From contig CAYVOB010000001.1 in assembly GCA_964452945.1 (NCBI GenBank), forward strand, positions 1-57,301: a stretch of 57,301 nucleotides of DNA, in the 5' to 3' direction. This document shows positions 35,712 through 45,738 of the stretch, one piece after another. The stretch is from an uncultured Bdellovibrionales bacterium. GTDB lineage: Bacteria > Bdellovibrionota > JAFGOL01. A program made the translations under genes and the position numbers. The notes under the pieces were generated by a model, which was given only the letters and a program-made list of their open reading frames with translations, made no database searches and was not told where the DNA came from. How positions within the stretch are numbered: position 1 is the stretch's first letter; every line of letters begins with the position of its first letter.

Positions 35712-37699
35712 CCCAACTCCAATCTAAGCATCTTCAGTTTAGATACCCTATCCCTTAATTTGGCGGCCTGCTCGAACTCAAGTTTTCTTGCATGCTCAAT
35801 CATTTTAGTATTCAGTTTATATATTTCAGCATCTATCTCTTCGACCTTTTTGAACCCGTCAACTTCCTTCCCCTCATCAAGGATAATATCGGAATAATCC
35901 ATGTTGGCGATAGCAGAAAGAGTACTGGTAATATTCTTCTGTACGGTCTTAGGAGTGATCTTGTGTTCGATGTTGTAATTTTTCTGTTTTTCCCTTCGCC
36001 TATTAGTCTCATTTATAGCAGCAGTTATACTATCCGTCATTTTATCCGCATAAATAATAACCCTGCCCTCCAGGTTCCTTGATGCCCTTCCTATTATTTG
36101 TATCAAAGAACGCTGAGAACGTAAAAATCCCTCCTTATCAGCATCAAGTATGCCCACCAGAGCTACCTCTGGGAGATCAAGACCTTCCCTTAACAGATTT
36201 ATACCTACCAGTACATCAAACTTCTTCTTTCTAAGATCGTTCAATATTTCTATCCTTTCAAGCGTGGATATATCGGAATGCAGATACTGTACTTTTATTC
36301 CCAATCCGGCATAATGTGCAGTGAGGTCCTCCGCCATCTTCTTCGTAAGTGTAGTTACAAGGACCCTGGATCCTTTTTTGACCACAGTTCTGATCTCTCC
36401 CAAAAGATGTGCCACCTGATTTTTACACGGGTGTACATCTATGACCGGATCAACAAGCCCTGTAGGACGTATTATCTGTTCAACCACCTCCCCCTTTGCT
36501 TGTCCCAGCTCATAATCTCCTGGCGTTGCAGAAACGTATATTATCTGATGAACATCTTTTTCAAACTCAGCAAAACAAAGTGGACGATTATCAAGTGCTG
36601 ACGGTAATCTAAAACCATATTCAACCAGTGTCCGTTTTCTTGACCTGTCCCCTTTGAACATCCCTGCCAGTTGTGGAACGGTTATATGCGACTCATCAAC
36701 AAAAACTAAAAAGTCCTTTGGAAAATATTCTAAAAGAGTTGGAGGAGGTTCTCCAGGCGCCCTGCCCGTAAGATGTCTGGAATAATTCTCTATGCCCTTG
36801 CAATAACCAAGCTCTTCCATCATCTCTATATCGTAATACGTCCTCTCTTCAAGCCTTTTGGCCTCTTCAAGTTTCATCTGTGATCTTAACTCTACTATTC
36901 TATCCCTTAGCTCCAACTGTATGTTCTTTATAGCCTTGCGTGTAATATCACTTCTTGTTGCATAATGGCTGGCTGGATATACGACGATCTTTTCCGTCCT
37001 TGATATTACCTCTGATGTAAGCGGATCAAAAACAGTCAATCGTTCTATTGTGTCACCAAAGAATTCTATCCTGAACGCTATGGTCTCCTCGTAAGCCGGA
37101 AGCACCTCTAAAACATCACCCCTAACCCTAAAAGTACCTCTTAAAAAATCAGAATCATTACGTTTATACTGGTTCTCACCAAGTTTTAACAAAAGATCGT
37201 TCCTTTTTATTTTCTGACCCGTTGTAATAGTGGTGCTCATGTTAGCGTATTCATCTGGAGCACCAAGACCGTATATACAAGAAACAGAAGCAACGATTAT
37301 GACATCACGCCTTGTTAGCAGTGAACTTGTTGCAGCATGCCTTAATTTATCTATCTCATCGTTTATTGCGCTGTCTTTTTCTATATATGTATTGGTAGCT
37401 GGAATATATGCTTCAGGTTGGTAATAATCATAATAACTAACGAAATATGAAACAGCATTTTTAGGAAATAGCAGTCTCATCTCTTCAAAAAGCTGGGCTG
37501 CCAGTGTTTTGTTCGGAGCAATTATTAACGTTGGACGGCCAAGCCTAGAAATAACGTTAGCCATTGTAAATGTCTTGCCTGAACCAGTAACACCAAGCAG
37601 GACATTACTGCGATCACCTCTTTGTAGTTTCTCCACTAGCTGCTCTATGGCATGAGGCTGATCACCACAAGGATCATATCCAGAAACAAGTTTAAACAT
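35708..37699 (-). CDS. uvrB: excinuclease ABC subunit B
   Basis: 663 aa. [25 protein letters not shown], the beta-hairpin region, helicase motifs and the C-terminal UVR domain ([10 protein letters not shown]). Confidence 0.95.
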   Translation of the reverse strand: MFKLVSGYDPCGDQPHAIEQLVEKLQRGDRSNVLLGVTGSGKTFTMANVISRLGRPTLIIAPNKTLAAQLFEEMRLLFPKNAVSYFVSYYDYYQPEAYIPATNTYIEKDSAINDEIDKLRHAATSSLLTRRDVIIVASVSCIYGLGAPDEYANMSTTITTGQKIKRNDLLLKLGENQYKRNDSDFLRGTFRVRGDVLEVLPAYEETIAFRIEFFGDTIERLTVFDPLTSEVISRTEKIVVYPASHYATRSDITRKAIKNIQLELRDRIVELRSQMKLEEAKRLEERTYYDIEMMEELGYCKGIENYSRHLTGRAPGEPPPTLLEYFPKDFLVFVDESHITVPQLAGMFKGDRSRKRTLVEYGFRLPSALDNRPLCFAEFEKDVHQIIYVSATPGDYELGQAKGEVVEQIIRPTGLVDPVIDVHPCKNQVAHLLGEIRTVVKKGSRVLVTTLTKKMAEDLTAHYAGLGIKVQYLHSDISTLERIEILNDLRKKKFDVLVGINLLREGLDLPEVALVGILDADKEGFLRSQRSLIQIIGRASRNLEGRVIIYADKMTDSITAAINETNRRREKQKNYNIEHKITPKTVQKNITSTLSAIANMDYSDIILDEGKEVDGFKKVEEIDAEIYKLNTKMIEHARKLEFEQAAKLRDRVSKLKMLRLELG

Positions 37700-39134
37700 A
37701 TTTGCTTATTCTATTCTTCAATATTGTTGGATCTATATTTGACATTATCTCGTCCAAAGGAGGACCAAAATCCCTGCCGGTCAGTATGATCCTTAAAGTC
37801 TTCCAGAGTTTTCCACCGGATAAACTGGTCAGATTTTTTAATTCGTTAGTCTTGAACACCATCCAATTACTACCAGTAAGAACCGAGGGGTCCTTCAGTA
37901 TAATCGTTCTAACGTTATCAAACAGGCTCCGTTGTTCATCCGAGAGGGCTGATAAAAGTCCATTACTAACAACCGGATCAATAAAAATCTCCATGGTCCT
38001 TCTTATATCTTCAAGGGTTTTGGCACCATCCCTGCTAACAGCTAGTATTTTTTTAAGAACTACATCATCATAAACAGACAAGAGTTCCCTTGGCAGTTTA
38101 TTAGTTGCAACAAGTATGTTCTTTAGCTCATCCAGGTCTTTTTTGGCGATGAACATCGAGTTTATAGAATTAAGCTTTGAAAGATCATACACACAGGCTG
38201 ATGGTGCGGCATTATTATGATCGAACTTGTCTATGAGGACAGTTCTTTCTTCGGTCTCTGATATGTCCTGATAAAGCCCTCCAAGTAAAGCCAAATGGTT
38301 AAATATGGCGTCAGAAAGATATCCCGCTTCCCTATACTCGTGTATAGGTATCCCTCCATTACGCTTGCCTAGTTTGGTTTTATCTGGAGCAAGTAACATG
38401 GGAAGATGACCGTAATGAGGGATCTTACATTCAGTGGCAAGAACATCTGCAATAACCCTAAAAAGCATTATCTGCCTATAGGTATTACTTATATGGTCTT
38501 CTCCTCTAAACACATGAGTAATATTCATATCCATATCATCTATTACCACAGCAAAATTATATGTCGGTGTTTGTAATCTCTTCATGATAACAAGATCGCC
38601 CATTCCTCTTGCTGATTGAGACAGCGTGTCGTTTTTCTTATTCCTGATAAGGTCGGGAAATTCTATTTTTGATCCAAACTCGGAACAAAACCGTTCAACA
38701 TCAAATCGTATAGCGAAAGGACCTTCTTTGCCCTGGTCCTTTTTACATTTACCAGAATAGCGGGGAGGTTTCCCTGCCTTTAACTGCGTAATTCTTTCTG
38801 CTTCAAGATCTTCATCAGTACACCAGCACTTATATGCCCAACCCTTCTTCAACAATAATTCACAGATCTCTTTATATCTGCTCGTTCTCTCACTCTGTCT
38901 AAAAGGACCCTCATCCCAACTTATACCCAGCCATTTAAGATCCTCTATTATTCCTTTTTCATGGTCCAAGGTCGATCTTTCAATATCTGTGTCCTCTATC
39001 CTTAGAACATATGTAGCATTATTTTTCTTACAGAAAAGCCAATTGAATACAGCTATCCTTGCATTACCGGGATGCAATCCTCCGGTTGGCGAAGGAGCAA
39101 ATCTTAACCTTGCGCTACAAGCAGCATCATTCAT
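37692..39134 (-). CDS. gltX: glutamate--tRNA ligase
   Basis: [22 protein letters not shown] (HIGH-type motif), RIEDTD, and KLGKRNG (KMSKS-type motif). I set the start at the ATG 39134. The track's start at 39149 is a TTG. Confidence 0.9.
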   Translation of the reverse strand: MNDAACSARLRFAPSPTGGLHPGNARIAVFNWLFCKKNNATYVLRIEDTDIERSTLDHEKGIIEDLKWLGISWDEGPFRQSERTSRYKEICELLLKKGWAYKCWCTDEDLEAERITQLKAGKPPRYSGKCKKDQGKEGPFAIRFDVERFCSEFGSKIEFPDLIRNKKNDTLSQSARGMGDLVIMKRLQTPTYNFAVVIDDMDMNITHVFRGEDHISNTYRQIMLFRVIADVLATECKIPHYGHLPMLLAPDKTKLGKRNGGIPIHEYREAGYLSDAIFNHLALLGGLYQDISETEERTVLIDKFDHNNAAPSACVYDLSKLNSINSMFIAKKDLDELKNILVATNKLPRELLSVYDDVVLKKILAVSRDGAKTLEDIRRTMEIFIDPVVSNGLLSALSDEQRSLFDNVRTIILKDPSVLTGSNWMVFKTNELKNLTSLSGGKLWKTLRIILTGRDFGPPLDEIMSNIDPTILKNRISKYV

Positions 39135-39618
39135 TAAAGACCCTCTCAACAGTAACGTTGGATATGGCGACTATCCCTTCTCCACGTCCAGCAAAACCCA
39201 TTCCCTCGTTGGTCTTTGCCTTTATATTAACCCTTTCAAAAGATATCCCTAAAGCAGACGCCAGGTTCTTCCTTATATTCTCTACAAATGGTGCTATCTT
39301 TGGTTTTTCAGCTATTATCACTGCATCTACATAATTTATTTTAACTGACTCTGACCTTACCAAAGCGGTAACGCTCTTTAACAGCACCAAACTATCTGCA
39401 TCTTTCCATTTAGGCTCGTTATCAGGGAAAAAACAACCAATATCAGGTTTTCCACAAGCTCCAAGCAAACCATCTATTACAGCGTGACAAAGGACATCAG
39501 CATCTGAATGTCCGGCCATCCCAAAATCTGATCTTATCTCAAGACCGCCAAGCACCAATCTCCTGCCACGCTCTATCTTATGACTGTCGTAACCTAAACC
39601 AACCACTATCGAGTTCAT
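39127..39618 (-). CDS. ispF: 2-C-methyl-D-erythritol 2,4-cyclodiphosphate synthase
   Basis: 163 aa. GLGYDSHK, GHSDADVLCHAVIDGLLGA, DIGCFFPD. Confidence 0.9.
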   Translation of the reverse strand: MNSIVVGLGYDSHKIERGRRLVLGGLEIRSDFGMAGHSDADVLCHAVIDGLLGACGKPDIGCFFPDNEPKWKDADSLVLLKSVTALVRSESVKINYVDAVIIAEKPKIAPFVENIRKNLASALGISFERVNIKAKTNEGMGFAGRGEGIVAISNVTVERVFNE

Positions 39619-40304
39619 AGTTTATTTGAAGCACCAATTAAAAGCTCAGCTATCTTTATATCGACAGGAAACGTGAGCTTAATATTGTTTGCTTCACCCT
39701 CCACAGTAAAGATCTTAACACCAAAATGCTCCATAAGAAAGGCATCGTCTGTTGCATCAATAGTATCCGAAAACTTTATATATGCATTATAAAGCTTCTC
39801 AAAACTGAACACTTGAGGGGTCTGGATCCTATATATGTTCGATCTATCAAGTGTAGCGGCTACAAAACCATTCTCGATCCTTTTCAATGTATCACTAGAA
39901 GGTATTATCGGTATAACTGCATCTTCTTTCAAAGAGCTCACATAAAGCCTCTCGATTAATCGTTCACTAAAAAGTGGACGAGCCGAATCGTGCACCCATA
40001 CTTTATTACAGCTGGAATGTTCCTTTATCCATTTTAATGCGTTGAATACAGAGTCCTGCCTTCTGACACCACCAGCAACAACAGCAAGTATTTTTTTACA
40101 AGAGCGAGCCAGCTCATTGATCCTATCAATGTGGTCTGGATGTGAAACCACAACAAGTCCGTCTATGTGTTTTGAATTTCCAAACTTATTAATACTCTCT
40201 GACAGGACCGTAGAACCATTAAATGGCAATAACTGTTTAGGTGTTTCGTTTTTAAATCTTTTACCAGAACCTGCAGACAATATTACAGCGACATTCATAA
40301 TCAA
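39615..40304 (-). CDS. ispD: 2-C-methyl-D-erythritol 4-phosphate cytidylyltransferase
   Basis: 229 aa. AVILSAGSGKRF..PKQLL, VHDSARP. It has a 4-nt overlap with ispF. Confidence 0.85.
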   Translation of the reverse strand: MIMNVAVILSAGSGKRFKNETPKQLLPFNGSTVLSESINKFGNSKHIDGLVVVSHPDHIDRINELARSCKKILAVVAGGVRRQDSVFNALKWIKEHSSCNKVWVHDSARPLFSERLIERLYVSSLKEDAVIPIIPSSDTLKRIENGFVAATLDRSNIYRIQTPQVFSFEKLYNAYIKFSDTIDATDDAFLMEHFGVKIFTVEGEANNIKLTFPVDIKIAELLIGASNKL

Positions 40305-41020
40305 AGTTCAGAGAATATCTTCAACATCTCTGTTTCTATTTTCTTTTCATTAATGCCTTTTGCAAGCGCAAGCTCCTTTATAAGAAGGGTCTTTGCGGTA
40401 TCAAGCATTTTCCTCTCACCAAAAGAAAGTTCCTTTTCCTTCTTGAGCACTATAAGGTCCCTCAAAACTTCTGCTATCTCAAAAACAGAACCCGACTTAA
40501 TTTTTTCCATATATTCACGATATCTTCTGTTCCAGGTCGGGCCCATCACGCTACGTTTTTTTTCTTTAAGCACATCATAAACGTCCTTGACCTTTGCACC
40601 CTTTATTACCTGCCTAAGCCCGACATTATTTATATTCTTTACAGGTACGAGAACATTCATTCCTGTATCAATGATATTTATAACAAGGAATTCCATTTTC
40701 TCATTCATTATATTCTTTGTTTCAACAGCCTCTATTCTACCGACACCATGTGCAGGATAGACAGCATAATCACCTATATTGAATGGTATGTTGACTGGAA
40801 CTTGTTGCTTCTTTACCTCTTTAAATTCAGGGACCGCCTTCTTTACTACTTGGTAGGTCTTTTGTAATGGAGCCTTAACCTTGGGTTTAGATTTAAGCTC
40901 TATCTTTATCTTAAGAGGAGCTTTAGCTTTAGCTTTTGCCTTTACCTTAGGTTTAGCCTTCACCTTTGGCTTAGGCTTGGATTTGGATTTAACTTTCTTT
41001 GTCTTAACAACACGCTTCAT
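40301..41020 (-). CDS. carD: CarD/CdnL-family RNA-polymerase-binding regulator with an N-terminal lysine-rich repeat extension
   Basis: The C-terminal roughly 165 aa form the CarD_CdnL_TRCF fold (FNIGDYAVYPAHGVGRIEAVE..). The N-terminal roughly 60 aa read KSKSKPKPKVKAKPKVKAKAKAKAPLKIKIELKSKPKVKAP. Confidence 0.8.
   Translation of the reverse strand: MKRVVKTKKVKSKSKPKPKVKAKPKVKAKAKAKAPLKIKIELKSKPKVKAPLQKTYQVVKKAVPEFKEVKKQQVPVNIPFNIGDYAVYPAHGVGRIEAVETKNIMNEKMEFLVINIIDTGMNVLVPVKNINNVGLRQVIKGAKVKDVYDVLKEKKRSVMGPTWNRRYREYMEKIKSGSVFEIAEVLRDLIVLKKEKELSFGERKMLDTAKTLLIKELALAKGINEKKIETEMLKIFSEL
40871..40990 (-). repeat. imperfect short-period coding repeat (K-P/A-K units)
   Basis: The plus strand shows reiterated cttagg/ctttgg/ctttag hexamers, e.g. 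ctttagctttagcttttgcctttaccttaggtttagccttcacctttggcttaggcttgg. Confidence 0.6.
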
Positions 41021-41063
41021 TTAACGTAAATCCTTAAATATATTGATTTATCTCAGTTCGCGC

Positions 41064-41092
41064 ATACTAGCATAAGGGGGCCCTAAAGTCAA
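41064..41092 (-). promoter_or_regulatory. sigma-70-like promoter upstream of carD (TTGACT-17 nt-TAGTAT)
   Basis: The minus strand reads TTGACT TTAGGGCCCCCTTATGC TAGTAT, about 45 nt upstream of the carD ATG. Confidence 0.45.
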
Positions 41093-41143
41093 ACTGGCCT
41101 GCCAGTGTCAACAACCACTGACAATATTATGGCTCTGTAGGCT

Positions 41144-41165
41144 AAAAACCCCAATGAAATTGAGG
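41144..41165 (-). terminator. weak terminator-like hairpin after tRNA-Ala
   Basis: The minus strand reads CCTCAA-TTTCA-TTGGGG followed by TTTTT. The stem contains a G-U pair. Confidence 0.35.
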
Positions 41166-41171
41166 TTTAGT

Positions 41172-41248
41172 TGGTGGAGGTGAGGAGGATCGAACTCCTG
41201 ACCTTCTGAGTGCAAATCAGATGCTCTGCCAAATTGAGCTACACCCCC
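41172..41248 (-). tRNA. tRNA-Ala (anticodon UGC)
   Basis: The reverse complement reads GGGGGTGTAGCTCAATTTGGCAGAGCATCTGATTTGCACTCAGAAGGTCAGGAGTTCGATCCTCCTCACCTCCACCA. It folds as a cloverleaf with anticodon loop TT-TGC-AC, the G3:U70 alanine identity pair, a TTCGATC T-loop and an encoded CCA. Confidence 0.9.
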
Positions 41249-41295
41249 ACACTAGAAGCAGGTCACAAAGCTTTTATACTCTAATGGATTTTTTT

Positions 41296-42042
41296 TCAAG
41301 ATTTTTTAATGCGATCATTAATAAAAGGATAAGTCCGTCTAGTCATAGATACCAGATCCTTCTCCAACTCGGCTTTAAAAACACCTTCCCTAGACCCGCA
41401 AGCCAGTACCACTCTGCCAAAGGGATCGATCACCATTGAATCCCCTGAATAACTGACCTTTGGGTCTTTCCCAACCCTATTTACACCGATCACGAAGCAT
41501 TGGTTCTCTATTGCTCTTGCCCTCAGAAGTGTAACCCAGTGTTCCCTTCTTGCTTCAGGCCAATTGGCAGATACAAGGAACACATCTGTTTCTGCGGCAC
41601 TATCCCAATAAAGATATGAGAACCTTAGATCGTAACAAATTGATGGTGTAACGTTAAGATCAAATACTTTGAACCTACGTTGTTCGGTACCAGCCTTATA
41701 AACGGTCTGCTCGTCGGCATAACTAAAAAGATGCATTTTTGAGTATGAATTCACGAGTTCTCCAGAAGGAGAAAAAGTAAAGAGATTGTTCTTCTTATCC
41801 CTAAAGGCCCCAAATGTGACATAAGACTCTTTGAGCTCTGCTATTTCTTTAAAGAACTCCATATCAGCGTCCGTGGTATCGGTCATATGAGGGTCCATGG
41901 AAAAACCAGTCAGCGTCGCTTCCGGAAATATTATCCAGTCAACATCTGTACAGTCCAAGTCTTTTATAAAACCTGTAATTTTAGGTTTATTTAGGGTCGG
42001 ATTCTCCCAGGCTATGTCGTATTGCACTACGGCTACTTTCAT
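41296..42042 (-). CDS. carbon-nitrogen hydrolase (nitrilase superfamily, omega-amidase/YafV-like)
   Basis: 248 aa. The E-K-C triad context is visible: IIFPEATLTGF, YSKMHLF, PSICYDLRF. Confidence 0.8.
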   Translation of the reverse strand: MKVAVVQYDIAWENPTLNKPKITGFIKDLDCTDVDWIIFPEATLTGFSMDPHMTDTTDADMEFFKEIAELKESYVTFGAFRDKKNNLFTFSPSGELVNSYSKMHLFSYADEQTVYKAGTEQRRFKVFDLNVTPSICYDLRFSYLYWDSAAETDVFLVSANWPEARREHWVTLLRARAIENQCFVIGVNRVGKDPKVSYSGDSMVIDPFGRVVLACGSREGVFKAELEKDLVSMTRRTYPFINDRIKKS

Positions 42043-42081
42043 TTGTTCATTTCATATTAACATGATAAACGAAAAAATGTC

Positions 42082-43053
42082 ATGGATATAAATTACCCTG
42101 TCGGCCTAATATCGAACGGCAATGCAAAAAAGAACAGGAAAACATTGGTCGACTCCAACGACTTATATAAGATCTTAGGGGGAGATGACCGATGTTTGTT
42201 AAGGGACACTTCCAGTCTTGAAGAATTAAAGGATACAGTAGCTGAGTTCAGGGAAAAAAAGATATCAGTGATATTCTCTAATGGCGGAGATGGCACTCAT
42301 CAAAAATTGATCAGCACCCTGATATACCATTACAGAGATTACAGTCCCTATATAATACCGCTGAAAAGCGGTACAATGAACATGTTATCCAAGAACCTTG
42401 GCCTGGATATTTCACCCTACAAGGCTGTCCGCTGGTTCAACATGGCAATGGAACAACACAAAAAACCAATTGTGACATCAAAACATATTTTAGAGATAAG
42501 TTCCGAAGAAAATGAGAAACCAAAGTATGGATTTGTTTTTATAGCCGGATGCGGTTACAAACTATTGAATCTCTATTATTCATATCCAGAGGGCGGTAAA
42601 AGAAGTGCCGCAAAGGCTATCTTCTCCTCCATGGCAGCATGGCTTACAAAAGATGCTCAGGCGCGTTCAATATATACGTACACCCCCTCAAAGATCGTTA
42701 TAGACTCTAGGGAATTTGAGTTCCCTTACCTAATAACCCTTGTTTCGTCTTTGGAGAACCTGGTGCTTGGTTTCTCCCCGTTCGCATTAAAAGAATTAAA
42801 GGATGACCGTTTCTTTTTTATGGTTGATGGGGAACCAATGAAAAAGAACTATAACTTGATAAAATTCTTCAAACCAACAGATGATGAAGAATGGAAACCC
42901 AAAAGACTGGTAAGCAAGGCAAACATAATGACCCTGCATGTAGACGGCGGTTATAGTGTAGACGGGGAGATAATAAAACTTAAGCATCCACAAGCAAGAG
43001 TTGAAGTAAAAAATGGTCCAAAAATAAATTTTATAACACCGGTGTTAAACTAA
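42082..43053 (+). CDS. diacylglycerol-kinase-catalytic-domain (YegS/DAGK-like) lipid kinase
   Basis: 323 aa. VIFSNGGDGT and PLKSGTMNMLSKNLG resemble the DAGK_cat GGDGT and GTGN motifs. Confidence 0.6.
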   Translation: MDINYPVGLISNGNAKKNRKTLVDSNDLYKILGGDDRCLLRDTSSLEELKDTVAEFREKKISVIFSNGGDGTHQKLISTLIYHYRDYSPYIIPLKSGTMNMLSKNLGLDISPYKAVRWFNMAMEQHKKPIVTSKHILEISSEENEKPKYGFVFIAGCGYKLLNLYYSYPEGGKRSAAKAIFSSMAAWLTKDAQARSIYTYTPSKIVIDSREFEFPYLITLVSSLENLVLGFSPFALKELKDDRFFFMVDGEPMKKNYNLIKFFKPTDDEEWKPKRLVSKANIMTLHVDGGYSVDGEIIKLKHPQARVEVKNGPKINFITPVLN

Positions 43054-43853
43054 TGGAAAAGAACAAGATGTTAAAGATACTACCTGATGATTTTAAAAAA
43101 CAAATAAAGGATGTGTCAACAATCCCAGCATCTGGAGAAGAGAACTTACTAATCATACATCTTGCCAGGGACCAACATATAAAATTTAAAAAAGCTGCTG
43201 AGCTGATCATGGAACACAATAAAGATATCTTTTCTGTATATACCGAGTTCAATGGTAAATATAGCCATGTCGGCGGAGAAACCTGCATAAAGGACAACAT
43301 CAATGGCTATGAGTTCCTGGTAACACCAATGTCACCAATAAAAGATAAAAGACAGATCGCCTTGTACAGAAAATTGAGAGAGTTGTGCCCAAGGGGTAAA
43401 ACAAGGAATGCCATCATCATAGGCACCCACTCGGGCCTTATCCCTCTCCACGTAGCTCATCTTTACAACAGACTGTATTGTGTTGACACAAAAAAACATT
43501 CTTCTGTTGAAGCAAAGGAAAATCTAAGGATCAACAGGACCAACAACTGCCTCGTCCTAAATGACAATATAGAAAAATTCATCGTAGACTTTGAAAATTA
43601 TAAATATACTCCTCCAGGAAGGAAACATAAAATAGGCTTATTCCTAGCTGATTCTGCCATGTTAACTATGAATGACATAAAAAAGGTCCTCAATATAGAA
43701 CCAGAGACTATCATACTGCTGAGCGAATCTGGATTTGACCTTCCTATTAAAGATGAACTTGAAAGAGCAGGATATTCAACAACGCTAGAAACTAAAATAA
43801 TATCTTTTTCCATACAAAAATCAAAAAAGGTAAGCTCAGATGAAACAGCTTGA
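43053..43853 (+). CDS. hypothetical protein with a degenerate RumA/TrmA-like methyltransferase layout
   Basis: 266 aa. It is collinear by eye with the C-terminal half of RNA m5U methyltransferases, but the SAM motif (IIIGTHSG), the DPPR position (LADSAM) and the catalytic Cys position (LSESG) are all substituted. It overlaps both neighbours. Confidence 0.35.
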   Translation: MEKNKMLKILPDDFKKQIKDVSTIPASGEENLLIIHLARDQHIKFKKAAELIMEHNKDIFSVYTEFNGKYSHVGGETCIKDNINGYEFLVTPMSPIKDKRQIALYRKLRELCPRGKTRNAIIIGTHSGLIPLHVAHLYNRLYCVDTKKHSSVEAKENLRINRTNNCLVLNDNIEKFIVDFENYKYTPPGRKHKIGLFLADSAMLTMNDIKKVLNIEPETIILLSESGFDLPIKDELERAGYSTTLETKIISFSIQKSKKVSSDETA

Positions 43854-44616
43854 GAGATACAAGGACATAGCCATAAAGGCTACCGAGATAGGCGGCAAGA
43901 TACTACTTAAGCATTTTGAGAAAATAGCTGCCTATGACATAAAAAAAGGGGCTGGTTTTGTAACAAAAGCCGATATGGAATCCGAAGAAGCAATATCCTC
44001 ATTCCTCAGAAAACAAACACCGGATTTTGGTATATTCGCTGAAGAAGGAGGCAACAGGTATAAAGGCAACAGCAGGTGGATAATCGATCCACTCGATGGC
44101 ACTACAAATTTCTTTCACCACGTTCCACATTTTAATATAAGTATCGCCTTAGAGATCAACAAAGAAGTCGTAGTTGGAGTTGTATACGATCCTATAAAAA
44201 AAGAGATGTTCAATTGTAGAAAAGGCGGTGGAGCATACAGGAACAATTCCAGGATATACGTATCAAAGACAAAAAAACTTTCGACTGCAATGCTTGCAAC
44301 TGGATTCGCCTACATGAGAAGAGATAAATTAAAAGAAGCGCTGGATCTGTTCTTAAAATTCTCTGTAAAATGCCATGGCATAAGACGCTTTGGTGCAGCT
44401 GCACTTGACAGTTGCTACGTAGCTGCAGGTATATATGATGGATTCTATGAAAAGACCTTAAACCCTTGGGATGTTGCAGCGGGTGCGTTACTGGTAACGG
44501 AGGCTGGAGGGAAGGTCAGTTCCTATAACGGAGATAAATTTTCTATCTATAGCAAAGAGATAGTGGTTTCAAACGGTCTTATACATCAAGAAATGATCAA
44601 GACGATGGAGCGTTGA
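43840..44616 (+). CDS. inositol monophosphatase family protein (SuhB-like)
   Basis: 258 aa. FAEEGG, WIIDPLDGTTNF, WDVAAGALLVTEAGG. Confidence 0.85.
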   Translation: MKQLERYKDIAIKATEIGGKILLKHFEKIAAYDIKKGAGFVTKADMESEEAISSFLRKQTPDFGIFAEEGGNRYKGNSRWIIDPLDGTTNFFHHVPHFNISIALEINKEVVVGVVYDPIKKEMFNCRKGGGAYRNNSRIYVSKTKKLSTAMLATGFAYMRRDKLKEALDLFLKFSVKCHGIRRFGAAALDSCYVAAGIYDGFYEKTLNPWDVAAGALLVTEAGGKVSSYNGDKFSIYSKEIVVSNGLIHQEMIKTMER

Positions 44617-45724
44617 ACTTATCTTTTGAGAAAGGGATATTGTTCCTTTCTATTTCTTCATAGAAAGTTGGTATATAACCTGTGGGCTGCATCTCTCCTA
44701 TTATATTTCCTTCGGCCGTTCGCCCTTTTTGAACGAATCTAAAAATATCTTTAGTCTGATACCTTCCACGATCATCCACACCAAGGACCTCACTTATTTC
44801 CATTATCTTTCTACTGCCATCGTAAAGCCTTGCGGTCGCTATAACTATATTTATAGCGGATCCAACCTGTGCCTTAATCGCAGCTGCAGGTACCTCTGTC
44901 TCCGTCATCATTGCAAGTGTCTCTAGTCTGACCAGGGTTTCCATAGGGGTGTTAGCATGAACGGTGCCCATACTACCAGCATGTCCGGTATTCATCGCAG
45001 AAATAAGGTCTAGCGCTTCGGCCCCTCTTACTTCACCTACAATTATCCTGTCTGGTCTTAACCTAAGTGCAGATTTTAAAAGATCACGTATAGCAAGAGC
45101 ACCTTTACCATATTCGTTGGGCGCCTGTGTTTCAAAACTAACTACGTGCGGACTATTGATCTGGAGCTCTGCAGAATCCTCTATGACCATTATCCTTTGT
45201 GACTTCGGTATTCTGGACGCAACACAAGAAAGCAGGGTGGTTTTACCTGAACCAGTACCTCCAGAAACTATTATGTTCTTTGCAAGGAATACGCAGACAT
45301 CTATGAATCTTGCTCCATCCACAGAGACCGAGCCGTAATTAATAAGATCCTTTAAAGTAAGAGTTACCTTAAAGAACTTTCTTATCGCTACCGTTGTGCC
45401 ATTTCTTGCAGCAGGAGGCAGTACAACGTGAACTCTGGACCCATCAGGCAACCTTGCATCCAGTGTGGGATTCTGATCATCCAAAGGTCGTCCGACGAAC
45501 TGAGCAATATTCCTGGCAGCAGCCTGCAAAGAACCTTCGTCCTCAAACTTGGCTTCTGTCTTTACCAACTTTCCTTTTCTTTCTATGAATATATTCTTAT
45601 GGCCGTTTACCAGTATTTCTGTAACAGAGCTATCGTCCAGGAACTCCCTTACCGGAGCCAAAAAATTCGCTATGGTAGCCTCAAAGACCCTTTTATTACC
45701 AAGAGCATTGCCCCCAATAGCCAT
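44597..45724 (-). CDS. orphan CpaF/TadA-family secretion ATPase
   Basis: 375 aa. EILVNGHKNIFIERKGK, VSGGTGSGKTTLLS, IEDSAEL, RLRPDRIIVGEVRGAEA, NTGHAGSMGTVHAN. No other pilus genes are adjacent. Confidence 0.85.
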   Translation of the reverse strand: MAIGGNALGNKRVFEATIANFLAPVREFLDDSSVTEILVNGHKNIFIERKGKLVKTEAKFEDEGSLQAAARNIAQFVGRPLDDQNPTLDARLPDGSRVHVVLPPAARNGTTVAIRKFFKVTLTLKDLINYGSVSVDGARFIDVCVFLAKNIIVSGGTGSGKTTLLSCVASRIPKSQRIMVIEDSAELQINSPHVVSFETQAPNEYGKGALAIRDLLKSALRLRPDRIIVGEVRGAEALDLISAMNTGHAGSMGTVHANTPMETLVRLETLAMMTETEVPAAAIKAQVGSAINIVIATARLYDGSRKIMEISEVLGVDDRGRYQTKDIFRFVQKGRTAEGNIIGEMQPTGYIPTFYEEIERNNIPFSKDKFNAPSS

Positions 45725-45738
45725 ATAACACGTTCTCC

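Noticed and set aside
41221-41439. A 72-aa plus-strand ORF overlapping tRNA-Ala and the nitrilase gene end.
   Set aside because: It overlaps a well-folded tRNA and runs antisense to a motif-bearing CDS. It has no ribosome-binding site.
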